Below, in pieces: positions 11,601-23,600 of a stretch of DNA of 64,000 nucleotides. The stretch is from Narcine bancroftii. Lineage: Eukaryota. A program made the translations under genes and the position numbers. Each line of letters opens with the position of its first letter. Position 1 is the stretch's first letter. The notes beneath the pieces are model-generated. The model did no database searches. It saw nothing but the letters and a program-made list of their open reading frames with translations, and was not told where the DNA came from. The DNA lies in contig NC_091473.1 of NCBI RefSeq assembly GCF_036971445.1, forward strand, positions 86,490,001 through 86,554,000. The letters are read 5' to 3'.

Positions 11601-14600
11601 TATCATATCTCATTCACTAATGGCATAACTCCATTTGATATCTTTATCTTTCAATAAAATTAGGGTAATTTGACTGTTGTAGATTTAGTAATACTAGGAA
11701 ATGGATTCCTCCAAACATTCTCTAAGATAGAACTTGGAAAGAAAACCCTCAAAATCTTGTGTGGCAAACAAATCATATTAGTATGGATATGGTGCTCTTC
11801 ACATTAATCAAAAGCGTGGAAATATTCTGGCTCAAGTTATTGATTCATCAATAAATGTTTCACAATGCTCTGTTTATTTTTTTTTATATTTCAAAATGCA
11901 AGGACATCTTGTAAACAGCTAAGAGATCAATGTTGACACACCTGAAACTGCAGGGGCTGGAAGCTGCTAAGGAAACTCAGCAGATCAAGTAGCCACAGTC
12001 GTGGGCAAGGAGTTGGTAACATTTTGGGTTGAGAACCTGCATCAAAATTGAGTAGAGAGGGAAGATAGCCAATATAACGAGAGAGAAAGAGGGGTGAGAC
12101 AGGTGATAGGTGGACCAAGGAAAGGTGAAAGATGATGAGAAGAAGGAATCAAATAGTCTCCAATCATTCCTTCTGCTTTGCACCTTCAGCAGTTCTATCA
12201 CAGCTGCCACCAGTGGAGCCTGGGAGATACAGAAAGCAGAAAAACAAAACCACTTTCCCCTCCTGGCTGCTCTGCCCATCATTCCTCACCCTACTTGGTC
12301 CACCCTTCTCCTAATGGCTCCTGCCTCTCTCCATCTCCCAGCAGTTTCTTTTTTTTTTATGAGTTCTTTCATGAATTGTGACGTAATCTCTTTTTCCATC
12401 CTCAAATGGTTGTCTTGGTTCTTTGATATCTACTGTATCTACTCGTGTAAAAAGTCAAACCCCTAATTTTGGCTAAAATTTGGAATTTTCCATATACTGT
12501 ATCTTGTGTAAAAGTCATCCCTAGTCTCTCACCTCAGCCATGGCCACTTGTAGGCTGGAGATCCCAGTGCCTTGAATGTGGACTTTCGCCTCGGCCACTG
12601 CTGCCCACCCAGTGGAGCACCCAAGCCCTCAAACACTGACTCTCCACTCAGCCCTGGCTGCTCACCAATGGAGTTCCAGATCTCTTGAGCACGGACTCTC
12701 ACCTTGGCCCGGCCACTCACTGATCGAAGCTCCTAATGCCTCCAACGACACAGATACTTACCACGGTCCCAACCTCCCCTGTGGTAGGATGTGTATTTTG
12801 ATGTGCAGACTCTATTATTACTTTAATTTATTGTCTTTTTGTTTTTTTATTAATTTGGATTTCTGCCACAGATATGGTATTTTGGATTCTATTGTGAATT
12901 TCAGCCCCTCAAAAATAGTCAACCCCATAAATTTAACATTTAAAAAATGATCCACAAAATTTACAATACATTACTATATCATCTAAAGGACATTGTCTCT
13001 GATAATGCAGTAGTTTGTCAGTATTATATCTAGCATCAACATAGGTTATGGTTTTAAAATCTGGAGATGGAGTTTGGACCCATGTGCTTTTGATCAGGGG
13101 TAAAAATAGTATCAATGAAGTTGTCAAAAAATACTTTTGTTCTTATGAAGTAATTTTGTTTTTATGCTTTCTGTGCCTCCCAGGTTCCACCAGTAGCACC
13201 TGTGATGAATATGGACGCTGCAAATGCAAAGCAGAAGGAGTGATTGGAGACAAGTGTGACAAGTGTCAGCCTGGTTTTTATTCATTATCTAGCACTGGTT
13301 GCAAGTAGGTGAACCAATACCACCTTCTGTTGGGCAAATGTTTTAATCTATGATGATAATAGATGAAAAAATGTTGCATTGCTAAAACACAATAAAAAGT
13401 CTCTGAAGGGGAAAAAAAAGTACAGTATTTAAATTAAATTTAATTTAAATTAAATTGAAAAATACGAGCTAGTAGTTTTGATACAGATTCTTTATTGGTT
13501 CTGTAATTGAAGTATAAATCTGCCTTTTCTTTGTTCAGATGTAATCAGGCCTGGTGCTCAATACACAGGTTTCCCATCTTATTAACAATATGCATCATTT
13601 GATATTTTCTTGTATTTCATCCTTTGAACTTTAATTTTCAGCAGTATATCAGATTACAACAAAAGTCCATTTAATGAAGCAAGATTTATCAGTGTTTTGC
13701 AACACCTGAGTCATCATATCAAATCCTATTTGCCTGTTCCCCCCCACCCACCCCCATTTTTCTGATGTTCTTTTGCAAGCAACTGTCTAATTCCCTTTTA
13801 AAGCAATTTATGGGCTTTGCTTAAACAAAAGTTTGTGGCACAAAATTCCATCTTCTAACCACACAATGCACAAATAATTATTTTCAGTTTACCTTTTTGA
13901 TGATCTTAACTTTGTGCCATCTTATTACCATCTCATCAATCAGTGCACACAAGACTTCACTGTTCACCCTTTTCAGTTTATCCATTAACTCTATAACTTT
14001 GATGAAAATATTTAAATCTCTCTCCACAACTTGAATTTTTCAACACAAGCTTAGTTAATAACCTTTGTAATGCTTTTATGCAATTTCTAAATCAAGCGAC
14101 TGGGGTTCGAATCCGGTGCAGTCTGCAAGGGGTTTGTATATTCTCCCCATGTCTGCGCAGGTTTCTTGCAGGTTACAGCACAGAAACAGAACTCTTCAGC
14201 CCTTCTTGTTTGTGCCGAACCATTTTTTTCTGTCCAGTCGCACTGACCTGCAAGCAGACCACAGCCCTCCATGCCTCTCCCATCCACATGCCTATCCAGA
14301 TTCCTCTTAAATGCCTGCATTCACCACCTCAGCTGGCAGCTTGTTCCACAATTGCACCACTCCTTGTGTTTCCCCCACATTCAAAAGATCTACAGGGTCA
14401 GTAGGTTAATTGGTCACATGGGTATATTTGGGGCATATGGGTTTGTGGGCTAAAAGGGCCTGTTACCGTGCTGTATCTCTAAATTAAATGAAAATGCTCC
14501 AAACGATCCATTCCACAAACTGGGCATAACTATGAATAGTTGATTAATAAGATTAGAAGGGGAGGAAGATGATCATTTGGAATAACAGCGATTATTTAGG

Positions 14601-17600
14601 TCAGATGGGCTAGTTCAGTGAAGCAAGATCCACATAATTCCATGGAATTTATGAGTGAATGATGCGGAGTAAAAACAGAAGGTAAAGAGGAGATAGAAAC
14701 AATCATATCTGATGGGGATAGGGGTTATCTAAAAATTATAAAAATCAATGTGCATGCTGCTAGTGTTAAAGCTGTTCAGAAGAGATATAATGTTGTTCCT
14801 CAAGTTTATGCTAAGCCTCACCCTGACAAAGTATGAGGCCAAGGACAGACATGTCACTGCAGGAATAGCTGGGGGAAATTAATCACTGCAGGATACCCAG
14901 TTCACATGTAATCAATGACTTGTGTTTTTACTGGCAGGCGCTGTACCTGCAATATGGCTGGTGTTACACGGATCTGTGATGTTGAAACAGGACACTGCAG
15001 CTGTAAATATAATGTCGAAGGGTCTAACTGTAACCGGTAAGTGATTTGAAATGACAACATCATTAGAAACAGCTTATTCAACTTCACATCTTTCCATACC
15101 TTTAAAATTAACAATGCCAAATATAAATCTCTGCTATCCTTAACTCAATTTAGTAAAGCTTGAAGCAGCTAACCTATCAGCGCAACTAATTTTAAAGGCA
15201 TAATACTTTTTCTACATGTTCAGTACCACCCTACATATCAACTTTTACCTGAAGCTATTAAAGTATACAACATTGCATTTTTTTAAACTGTACATTTTTG
15301 AGTATCTTAATGGTTTCTTTTATTTTCAGTTGAATATACCATATTTTCACTCATATAACATGCACACAACGTGCAGAAAAAACAAATGGTGTAAAAATAT
15401 TTTCATATAACACGCACACACATATTCTGTGTGGATGTAGAATCAATTTGTATTTAAATGTGAAAGCACAATAATTATGGGAGATTAAATGTAGCAGATG
15501 TTAACACCCAAACCACTTCCCCCAGAGGTGTCAATTGCTCATTATATAGATGATATCCTGCAGCAACACATTAACAAGCTATGGAGAGAATCAATTAAAT
15601 AGATTGAAGATAGGCTTCAGAGTTAAGCAGGATTTTTAAATTCTAATGTTGTTTCAGATCAGAGGCACTTGATATGTTAATCTCCTTCCTCAAGGACAGG
15701 TCTGGGCAATAAACAGTGCCCAAGCCAGAATGTCCTATTTATAGGAATATCAGGGCATTCAGTACAAAGAGATATTCCCAAGATCAAAATTTCCCAAGCC
15801 CGTTATAAATTGTGCGTGTTCTTTCATTGCAGCGATTACATTCTCATGTTCACTATATTATTCCCATGTTCACTATAAATTGTGTCTTTCCCATGGCCAC
15901 TATAAATTGTGCACATTCTTTTACTGCCGCTGTTATATTCCCATGGTCACTATAAATTGCCAGTCTGTCTTTCCCATGGCTGCTATAAATTGTGCATCTT
16001 CTTTCAATGCTGCTGTTATATTGCCACGTCCACTATAAATTGCTGGTTCAACTTTCCCACACCCACTATTAATTGTGCACATTCTTTCAATATATAAAAA
16101 TGTTCTCATATAGTGCGCACACACATAATACGTGGGGGTGCCTGGTTTGTAAAATACGCATATATGCACACAATATATGCATAAAATATGGTAATCATCA
16201 GTTTTAAATGATGGATTGGTGATGGGAAATGGTTTCAACAGCGGAATGCAAAATAAAAATTGGTCAGATGTTATTTTGCAACTAATGCCCTTTGCATGTT
16301 ATGGCAGATTTTCCAGTCTTTGGCAGGTGTCTGCCTGATTTGGAATGGTTGATGAGCTGCACTGTCTCAGAGGAATGCTAGTGCTGTGTAAATAAAGGAA
16401 TAAGAAACATATTTTTCCACATTTTTATTTCTCTCCCACAGCTGCAAATTTGGTTATTACAACCTTCATCCAGAAAACCCCATGGGCTGTTCAGCATGTT
16501 TCTGCTTTGGCCATTCATCGGTCTGCAAAGAGGAGGGTGGTTACAGAAAAGATCTCATCACCTCCACATTTGATTCAGGTACTATAGCACTTAAATACAA
16601 TGAACTGAACATCAACAACTATTCTGAGTGGAAATTTAATTAATATTAAGAATGATGATGAGATCGAAACCCAGGCACTTGAGGACTTAAATGTAAAATA
16701 AAACTTGTCTTTGTAATTAATGGTTGAGTAATCAAAATCAAAAGCTTCTTGGAATAATAATAATCTTCTTTTAAATGTCATAGAACACTTTTGCCTCATG
16801 AGCCAGGAGTACTACCAGCTCGCTCTCTTAGATATCGAGAGGAAAGCCTCTCTGGGTGATGCACCACATGTTCACTTTGCTCATCTGGCTTACAGCCACT
16901 CATTGTCCAAGGACTGGGCTTCTGAAATGTAGCTCATGACCACAGATCCATACTTAAGCAAAGATGAGGACAGGAAATGTCAAGTTGAAATGTATCCACC
17001 TTCAAGCCAGAAGGCTGGCGAATAACTATTGACAGCTTTGCACAAAACAACATTCTTACTTGTGATAGTACTAGGAAAGGCAAGACTGAAAACAATACAA
17101 TGCTATGTTAAGAGTTCACAGCAGGTTGTAAGGGTAAGGAACCAAAAAACTTTTTGAGGTGCTTCTATTTTCACCTGAAACAAAACTCGTTTCCCGCTTT
17201 AGGGGAAATAGATTCAACAGTTAATCTTGTGATGTTATGAAAGATATGATATTAATGTATTAACATGCCACTTAGTCATACATTCAAAAGCATATTACTC
17301 CAGCCTGAAATATTTCAAAAAAGGAATGTAGCATGACAAAGCTGCGTGAAGTTTCACTGTCGATGGTTCAACAAAAATAAATTCTCTGTCAATTGTAAAG
17401 GTTATTAACTGCTATTTATGATGTTAAAAAGTTATTAAAAATTTCTGTTAATGTCCACAACAAATTCTCCATTATGTAGGCAGAGAGAACAGCCCATGTA
17501 AACTCATTCAACGTTTGTTCAATTATATTTGTGTCATAATTCTTTGCACAATTTCATGGGGTTTATTGCTGGTACTCAATTCACTTATTTCAGCTCATTT

Positions 17601-20600
17601 GGGATATCCGTGAAAGATATTATTATCATTAGAAATTACAAAGAGCTTGGAAATTACTGTCCTCTCCTTGTGCACAGATACTGAAGGTTGGAAGGTACAG
17701 CACCGCCGTGGTCCTGATCTCCCTTTGATGAGACTATCGTCATCTCATGACATTGTTGCTCATGCCAAAGATGAATACCCAGTGTACTTTGTGGCTCCAG
17801 GTGAGTTGAGAGCAATTGTCAGGCAGTTCAGGTAATTTGTTCATTCCGGTTCACTTATACAACACATGTTTTAATGAAATGACCATCTGAGTATCACAGC
17901 ATTTCGATGGCTGTAATAAATTATACTTTGTGATCTCTAACTGAATTGCAGCTACTTTTTGGTTAATTTTGAGCTCCTTCTAAGAGTCAGCATCTTGCAA
18001 TTTTACAACAAATTCACAAATAGATTGTGAAGTCAACCTTAATGCTTTATCATACAGGTAGACATGTGGATCGTCAGTTTTGCTTGTATTATGATATTTA
18101 CAAGTACTTTGACAATCACAATCAATTTATTTCTATTCTGATAATGATTTGTTCCTCACATTCTTAACTAGACATCACTTTTATGAGGGATTTTATGTTA
18201 AAGGGAATGATTACATGTTCATTTGGGTGAAGTTCAAAAAAATTATCGATGTTCTAAATATTTGTCAATATCTGCAATGTTTATTTTTTTAAAAATATCA
18301 TTCCCCCAGCCTAGTCATTGAAATTGGTTTGGAAACTAACCTCAGGGAGGAACAGTTTTGCGATCTGAATGTTACGTTACTCCATCGGTTATGATCAAAG
18401 GTGCACTGGCAATTACACATGTTCTGGCCATCCATCCCACAGGATGATGATGGTTCTTTTTAGTCAGTTTGTGAGGTTTAATAGGAGGATTCCCCACTTC
18501 TCAGAAAGGAACAGCATGCGCATGAATGAATTTAGGTGAGTAGGGGTTGCACGGGTCCAGACCCACCCTCTCGACATCCTCTCCTGGATTCAGCAGCATA
18601 GAGAGGTCCAAGATGGCTGGGGGAAGTTTTCTTGCAGTGAATGGCCGGACCAAAGTGCAAGGGATACCCTTTCTGCACTTCACGGCACATGTTTGCTAGC
18701 TGGCCGTTCACCCTACAAGAGGGTTCTCCTGCCCTTTGACAGGTCTTGTTTTTGATCCTGCAGGGTGTCCAGCCACCTTTTGCACCAGGCAAGCCTGGTG
18801 CGAGAGCCGGTTTGGTTGCCGACCACCCGACGGGTAGTACTGGGTTATATGGTACCAGTAGCACTCCGACGAGTGACCTGACAGACAATTAGACATGTAC
18901 TTAAGGCTTAATCAGCAAAAAGCTCAGCCTCCCGTTGAAGGTGCATCATTACCAGAGTGCTCAGTTTCTGATTCACTGGATGCAAATAAAAGAGGTATTT
19001 GCCTCCTTCTAAGCCCCATACTCCTATTAATCCTGGCTGCATCAATGAGGTAAATGCAATTGGAGAGTCAGGAGAATGGGAGGCTCACAAGGGCCAAGAT
19101 ATAGTGAATTTCTGAAGTGTTTGGGCTTTGACAAAACCCTCTTTATATGGAAGGCTATCAGTGGCCCACAAAATATCTACATAAAGGACAGTTCAGTATG
19201 ATGCACTAGGTCAGACAAAGATAGCAGACACCTGGCAACACTGTTCACTTAATTTATATTCATCACAACATCTTATGCCATACATCAGTTGATCTGAACC
19301 TTTTTTTCCCCACTTACATACCACCTTAAGTAATTCCTGACTAACCACAGAGCATAGGATGCTATAGGTGCTCTGTGGTTTGTAAGGGGTTACTTAAGGT
19401 GGTATGTGAGTATTAAAAAAAAGGTCGAGAACCACTGGTTTAGCACGACAGCAGATCTTATTGAAGGATATTAGATTCTAAGGTTTTTTTGACAGGGGAG
19501 ATACTGAGAGGTTTCCCCTGAAGGGAGAATATAGAATTAAATTTTAGAATATGGGGTTGTCACATTGAGAGAGAGGGAAGCACAATTTATTTCCCTTGGA
19601 GGATTATGAATCTTTGGAATCCTCCACCCCAGAAAGTTGTACATGCTGTGTCAGTAACTGAATCCAAGGCTAAAACAGGCAGATCGTTGGACTACGGAGG
19701 AATTATAGGTTTTTTTTACCAAGACCAGAGCAGCTACTATCTTACTGAATGAAGGAACAGGTTCAGTAGGCAAATGGATCACTCCTGCTGGTGCACACAA
19801 GCACAAGGTTAAAGGATGAAGCCCTAGTGATTGGAAGGTTCAGTCGAAAGGCAGTCTCCCTTCGAAAGGCTACACCTTGGTGCTCACAGGTTAAATGATC
19901 ATTCACTAATCACTCATGAACCAGGTATAACTATACCAACTGGTAAATGAAAACAGGAAAAATGTGTAGGATGGCCCACTGTTCTTTCTGCTCCACAATA
20001 AATGCCATAACTCAAAACCTTTACCTGAATCAAGAAAAAAAAATTGATAAAACAGAATTCGTTATTACTATTTGGAGTGCTTCAGCTTACTATCATGCAG
20101 AATGTCAGGATTTTTCTTCATGTTCTACTCATTCTTTTCATCTTTAGCCAAGTTCCTTGGAAATCAAATATTGAGTTATGGGCAAAACCTTTCCTTCACG
20201 TTCTACTTGGAAAGGGATGATTCCTATCCATCAGTGGAAGACATTGTCCTGGAAGGAGCCAGTCAGACACTAAGTATACAAGTGAATGCGCAAAATAACC
20301 CAATGCCATCGATGAGTAAGGAGACATACAACTACAGGTAAATATAGCAGATATTTTTGAAATAAGACTGTAATTGTTCAGTTAATGCCCAACTATGACT
20401 GTTTATAATCAGACCAATGCAGCTCCAGCCATATGGAGCAAAAGTTACAATTCACTGTAGTTGTGAAATGAAGTACAGAGTTCAATGAGATCGAATAGGG
20501 GCAACTTAACATTGAGCCACAATAGTTTGTACATCAAAAGGATGTAGATTTTACTCTACAACAGCTATATAATTAACTTTATTTTAAGAATTAAACATTT

Positions 20601-23600
20601 ATAGAATAAATTATTTGTCACATTGGTTTTTGAAAGACTCAGCCATGTTTTGTATTATCCTATAACTGTCCTAAAAGACTAACGTTTTGCAGATGGTAGT
20701 TTTGACTATTAACCAAAGGCAAATAATTTTTGAATAATTTCCTTTTGTTTTCCAGACTTCATGAGAGTTTGGAGTATGGATGGAAGCCTTTTATAACTTC
20801 ATTTGAGTTTCAACGGGTGCTCAGTGATCTCAAGGCCATCAAAATCCGTGGTACCTACACTAGACAAAGTAAGGCCTTGATAAAACCTGAAGGAACTCAG
20901 TGGGTCAGGCAGCAGCCAAGCATCCATGGGTAGAAATGTTCAGTCAACTTATTGGGTTATAAAGAACAAATCTACAGATGGTGAAGTCTAGTTCAGTGCA
21001 CCGGAAAAACCCAGCAAGTCATGAAGTTTCCATGGAAAGCAAAAGGCAGTTGATGTTTTGGGCCTCAGCCCCTCTTCAGTGTGCCAAAATAAGTTGGGGG
21101 GGGGGAAGGGGAGAGGGGGCAAAGGGGAGAAAGCAGTTGGGAGTGGGAAGAAGAGAAAGATGAGATGTGATGGGAGAGGGGGCAGAAGATTGAGAAAGAT
21201 ACTCTCTGATAAGCAAAGGAAGGGAATGGGGAACTGAAAAAGGGAGTCAGGGAGATGAGGGAAATTGAAAGGCAGGACATGAAGCCATTTTCAGACCTGC
21301 CAGTGTGCCAATGGGGTGTGGAACTGAAGAGGTTGGCCACTGGGAGGTCCTTGTTGTTGCAGCCAACAGAGCAAATGCGCTCAACAAAGTTATCTCCCAA
21401 TCTCTGTCAAATATCCCCAATGTAGAGGAGGTTGCTAGAGAGAAAAGTAAGTACCATAGTAGGTAAAGAAGTGATGTGAACATTGAAACTAGATAGAAGT
21501 CAGGTTTACCTAAAATTAGAACCAATGTTGTCCATGTTCATGCTGTTAAGTTTAAGGCAGTTGAGGTTTTTTTTAAATCAAGTTTACATTTGGCCTCACC
21601 CTGGCAATGGGTTGTAATGGTGAAGTAAATCAAAATGGTTGGCTACAGGAAAAGGCAGTTGAATTTGTGTTAATTAAATGTATGAGGTACAATGTTGAAA
21701 AGTCAATTGAGAAACAAAAGTACCATAAAGATGTGAACAAAAGTTTGTATAAAGCATGTTAAGTAGACAGAAGCATCTGTCAATTAACCATGTTCATCTG
21801 TCAAATATTAATACAGAATCACAAATGAAGGACTATTATAGCCAGGCAAAGGGTCCTAAGCATTCTTGTGCAGATATTTGGACCAGGGAAGTTACATTCA
21901 GTTGATACTTCTTCAGCTATTAATTAATAACAACTTTAGTATCAAAGATTACTGGAATTGTAAAAGCTGTTTTCAGCAAGGTCATGTTATTTTAGAGTGA
22001 TAAATTATACAGCACAGAAAAAGACCTTCATATGTAACAGGTAAATGTCCATCAGCTCATTGGTCTGCAATAACCATCAAGCAATTTTACATTAATCCCT
22101 TTTTACTACACCACCCCTTCCCCTCATCCACTCACTCACTTACAATCCGGGGACAATTTATGGTGGGGAATTAACCACCTGTTGTGGAGTGTGGGAGAAT
22201 ACCAAAGTACCAAAATAAAACCCAGGCAGTCACAGAGAGAACAAATTGCACAGATAGCACCAGGAGTCAGGACTAAACCTGGGCCACTCTACTCCAGCTC
22301 TGCTATCTATGCCATAAATAAATAAAAAATGCAGGTCAAGACATCATGTGTGGAGAAAGAAATAGAGTTCATACTTCTGGTCAATGCCTCTTCATCAAAA
22401 TTGAAAAGGCCACTTTCTGTTTTCCAGTGTACTAATTGTAAAATCTAAGCTATCAAAAAAAATTGGAATCTGTATGAATTGCACTTGGCAATTACATTTG
22501 AAACAAAGAAATTTTTTTCCTTTCAATAACATCTGAATTGAATCTCGAATGGCATGTTGAAAGATTACAAGATGCCAATCTTAAAAAAACATGCTGCATT
22601 TGGTTCTGTTATTTTTGCTGAAATCCATTGCCAGGTGAAACTGGCCAGGAACCCATAAAGTTAGACTTTTTTGTAATTCCTCTCTACTTGAATTTTAGCT
22701 CAAATGAGACTCACTTTAATCCTCATTAGAAGGAATCAAAATGAACCAAGCATTCCTGATGCTGCTTGGTGCTCAATGGTTCCTAGCTTTCCTCTCCTGT
22801 GCACACACAGAGACAAGAAAGCCTTTGAAAGTGGGTCCCCTCCTTCATTATGCTGATCCACAATGTAGGTTTGTGTTGAATCCTCCCATTTCCCACTGAA
22901 GGGCTAATGGGTCTTTCTTTGGAGGAATGGCTGAGATCTTTTATCCAGTACTATCTATAACATACGAGGAAGGTTTTGGAATCCCTGAAGGAGCCCAACA
23001 AATTTTATATTCCATTTTTTCTTCACCTGCTTAAGATCTACAGTCTCAGGCTGAGTGTCTGCTTGTGGTGGATGGAAGCAGAAAGGCAAATAATGACTTT
23101 CAAAGTTTTTCAAAGCTTCAAAGACCATACACAAAGCAGTATTTCAAACCTCTGTTCAGGTCTCAGACACGAACTGGGTATTAGACAGGTCTCTCATAAC
23201 TGGAAACATCTCACGTTCAGGTTGTTGCAGGCCTTTAAATCGAAGCTCAGGAACTACATATAAACCAAGTTATTAGAGATATCAGTAATGTTTCAGTACT
23301 ATTCTTGGACTCCTTCATTCCTATCCTGCAGTGCTAAAAGCAGGAAAGTATTTTAAAGTACTGCTTTAGATTATCTGGTGACAGCATTAGCTAGACCAGG
23401 TTTAGAACCTTGTTCAAATTGAGTCATAGTAGCCACCAGACACTTAATTTAAGTACACCATGTCTTGAGTGTTATTAAACTATAGAAGTAGAAAACAGTT
23501 CAACAATATGGTGCAGAGAATAACCAAACACTTTGTATTCTAGCCCCTGGACACATTGATAATGTGGTCCTGCACACAGCCCGGCCTGGTGTGGGAAACC

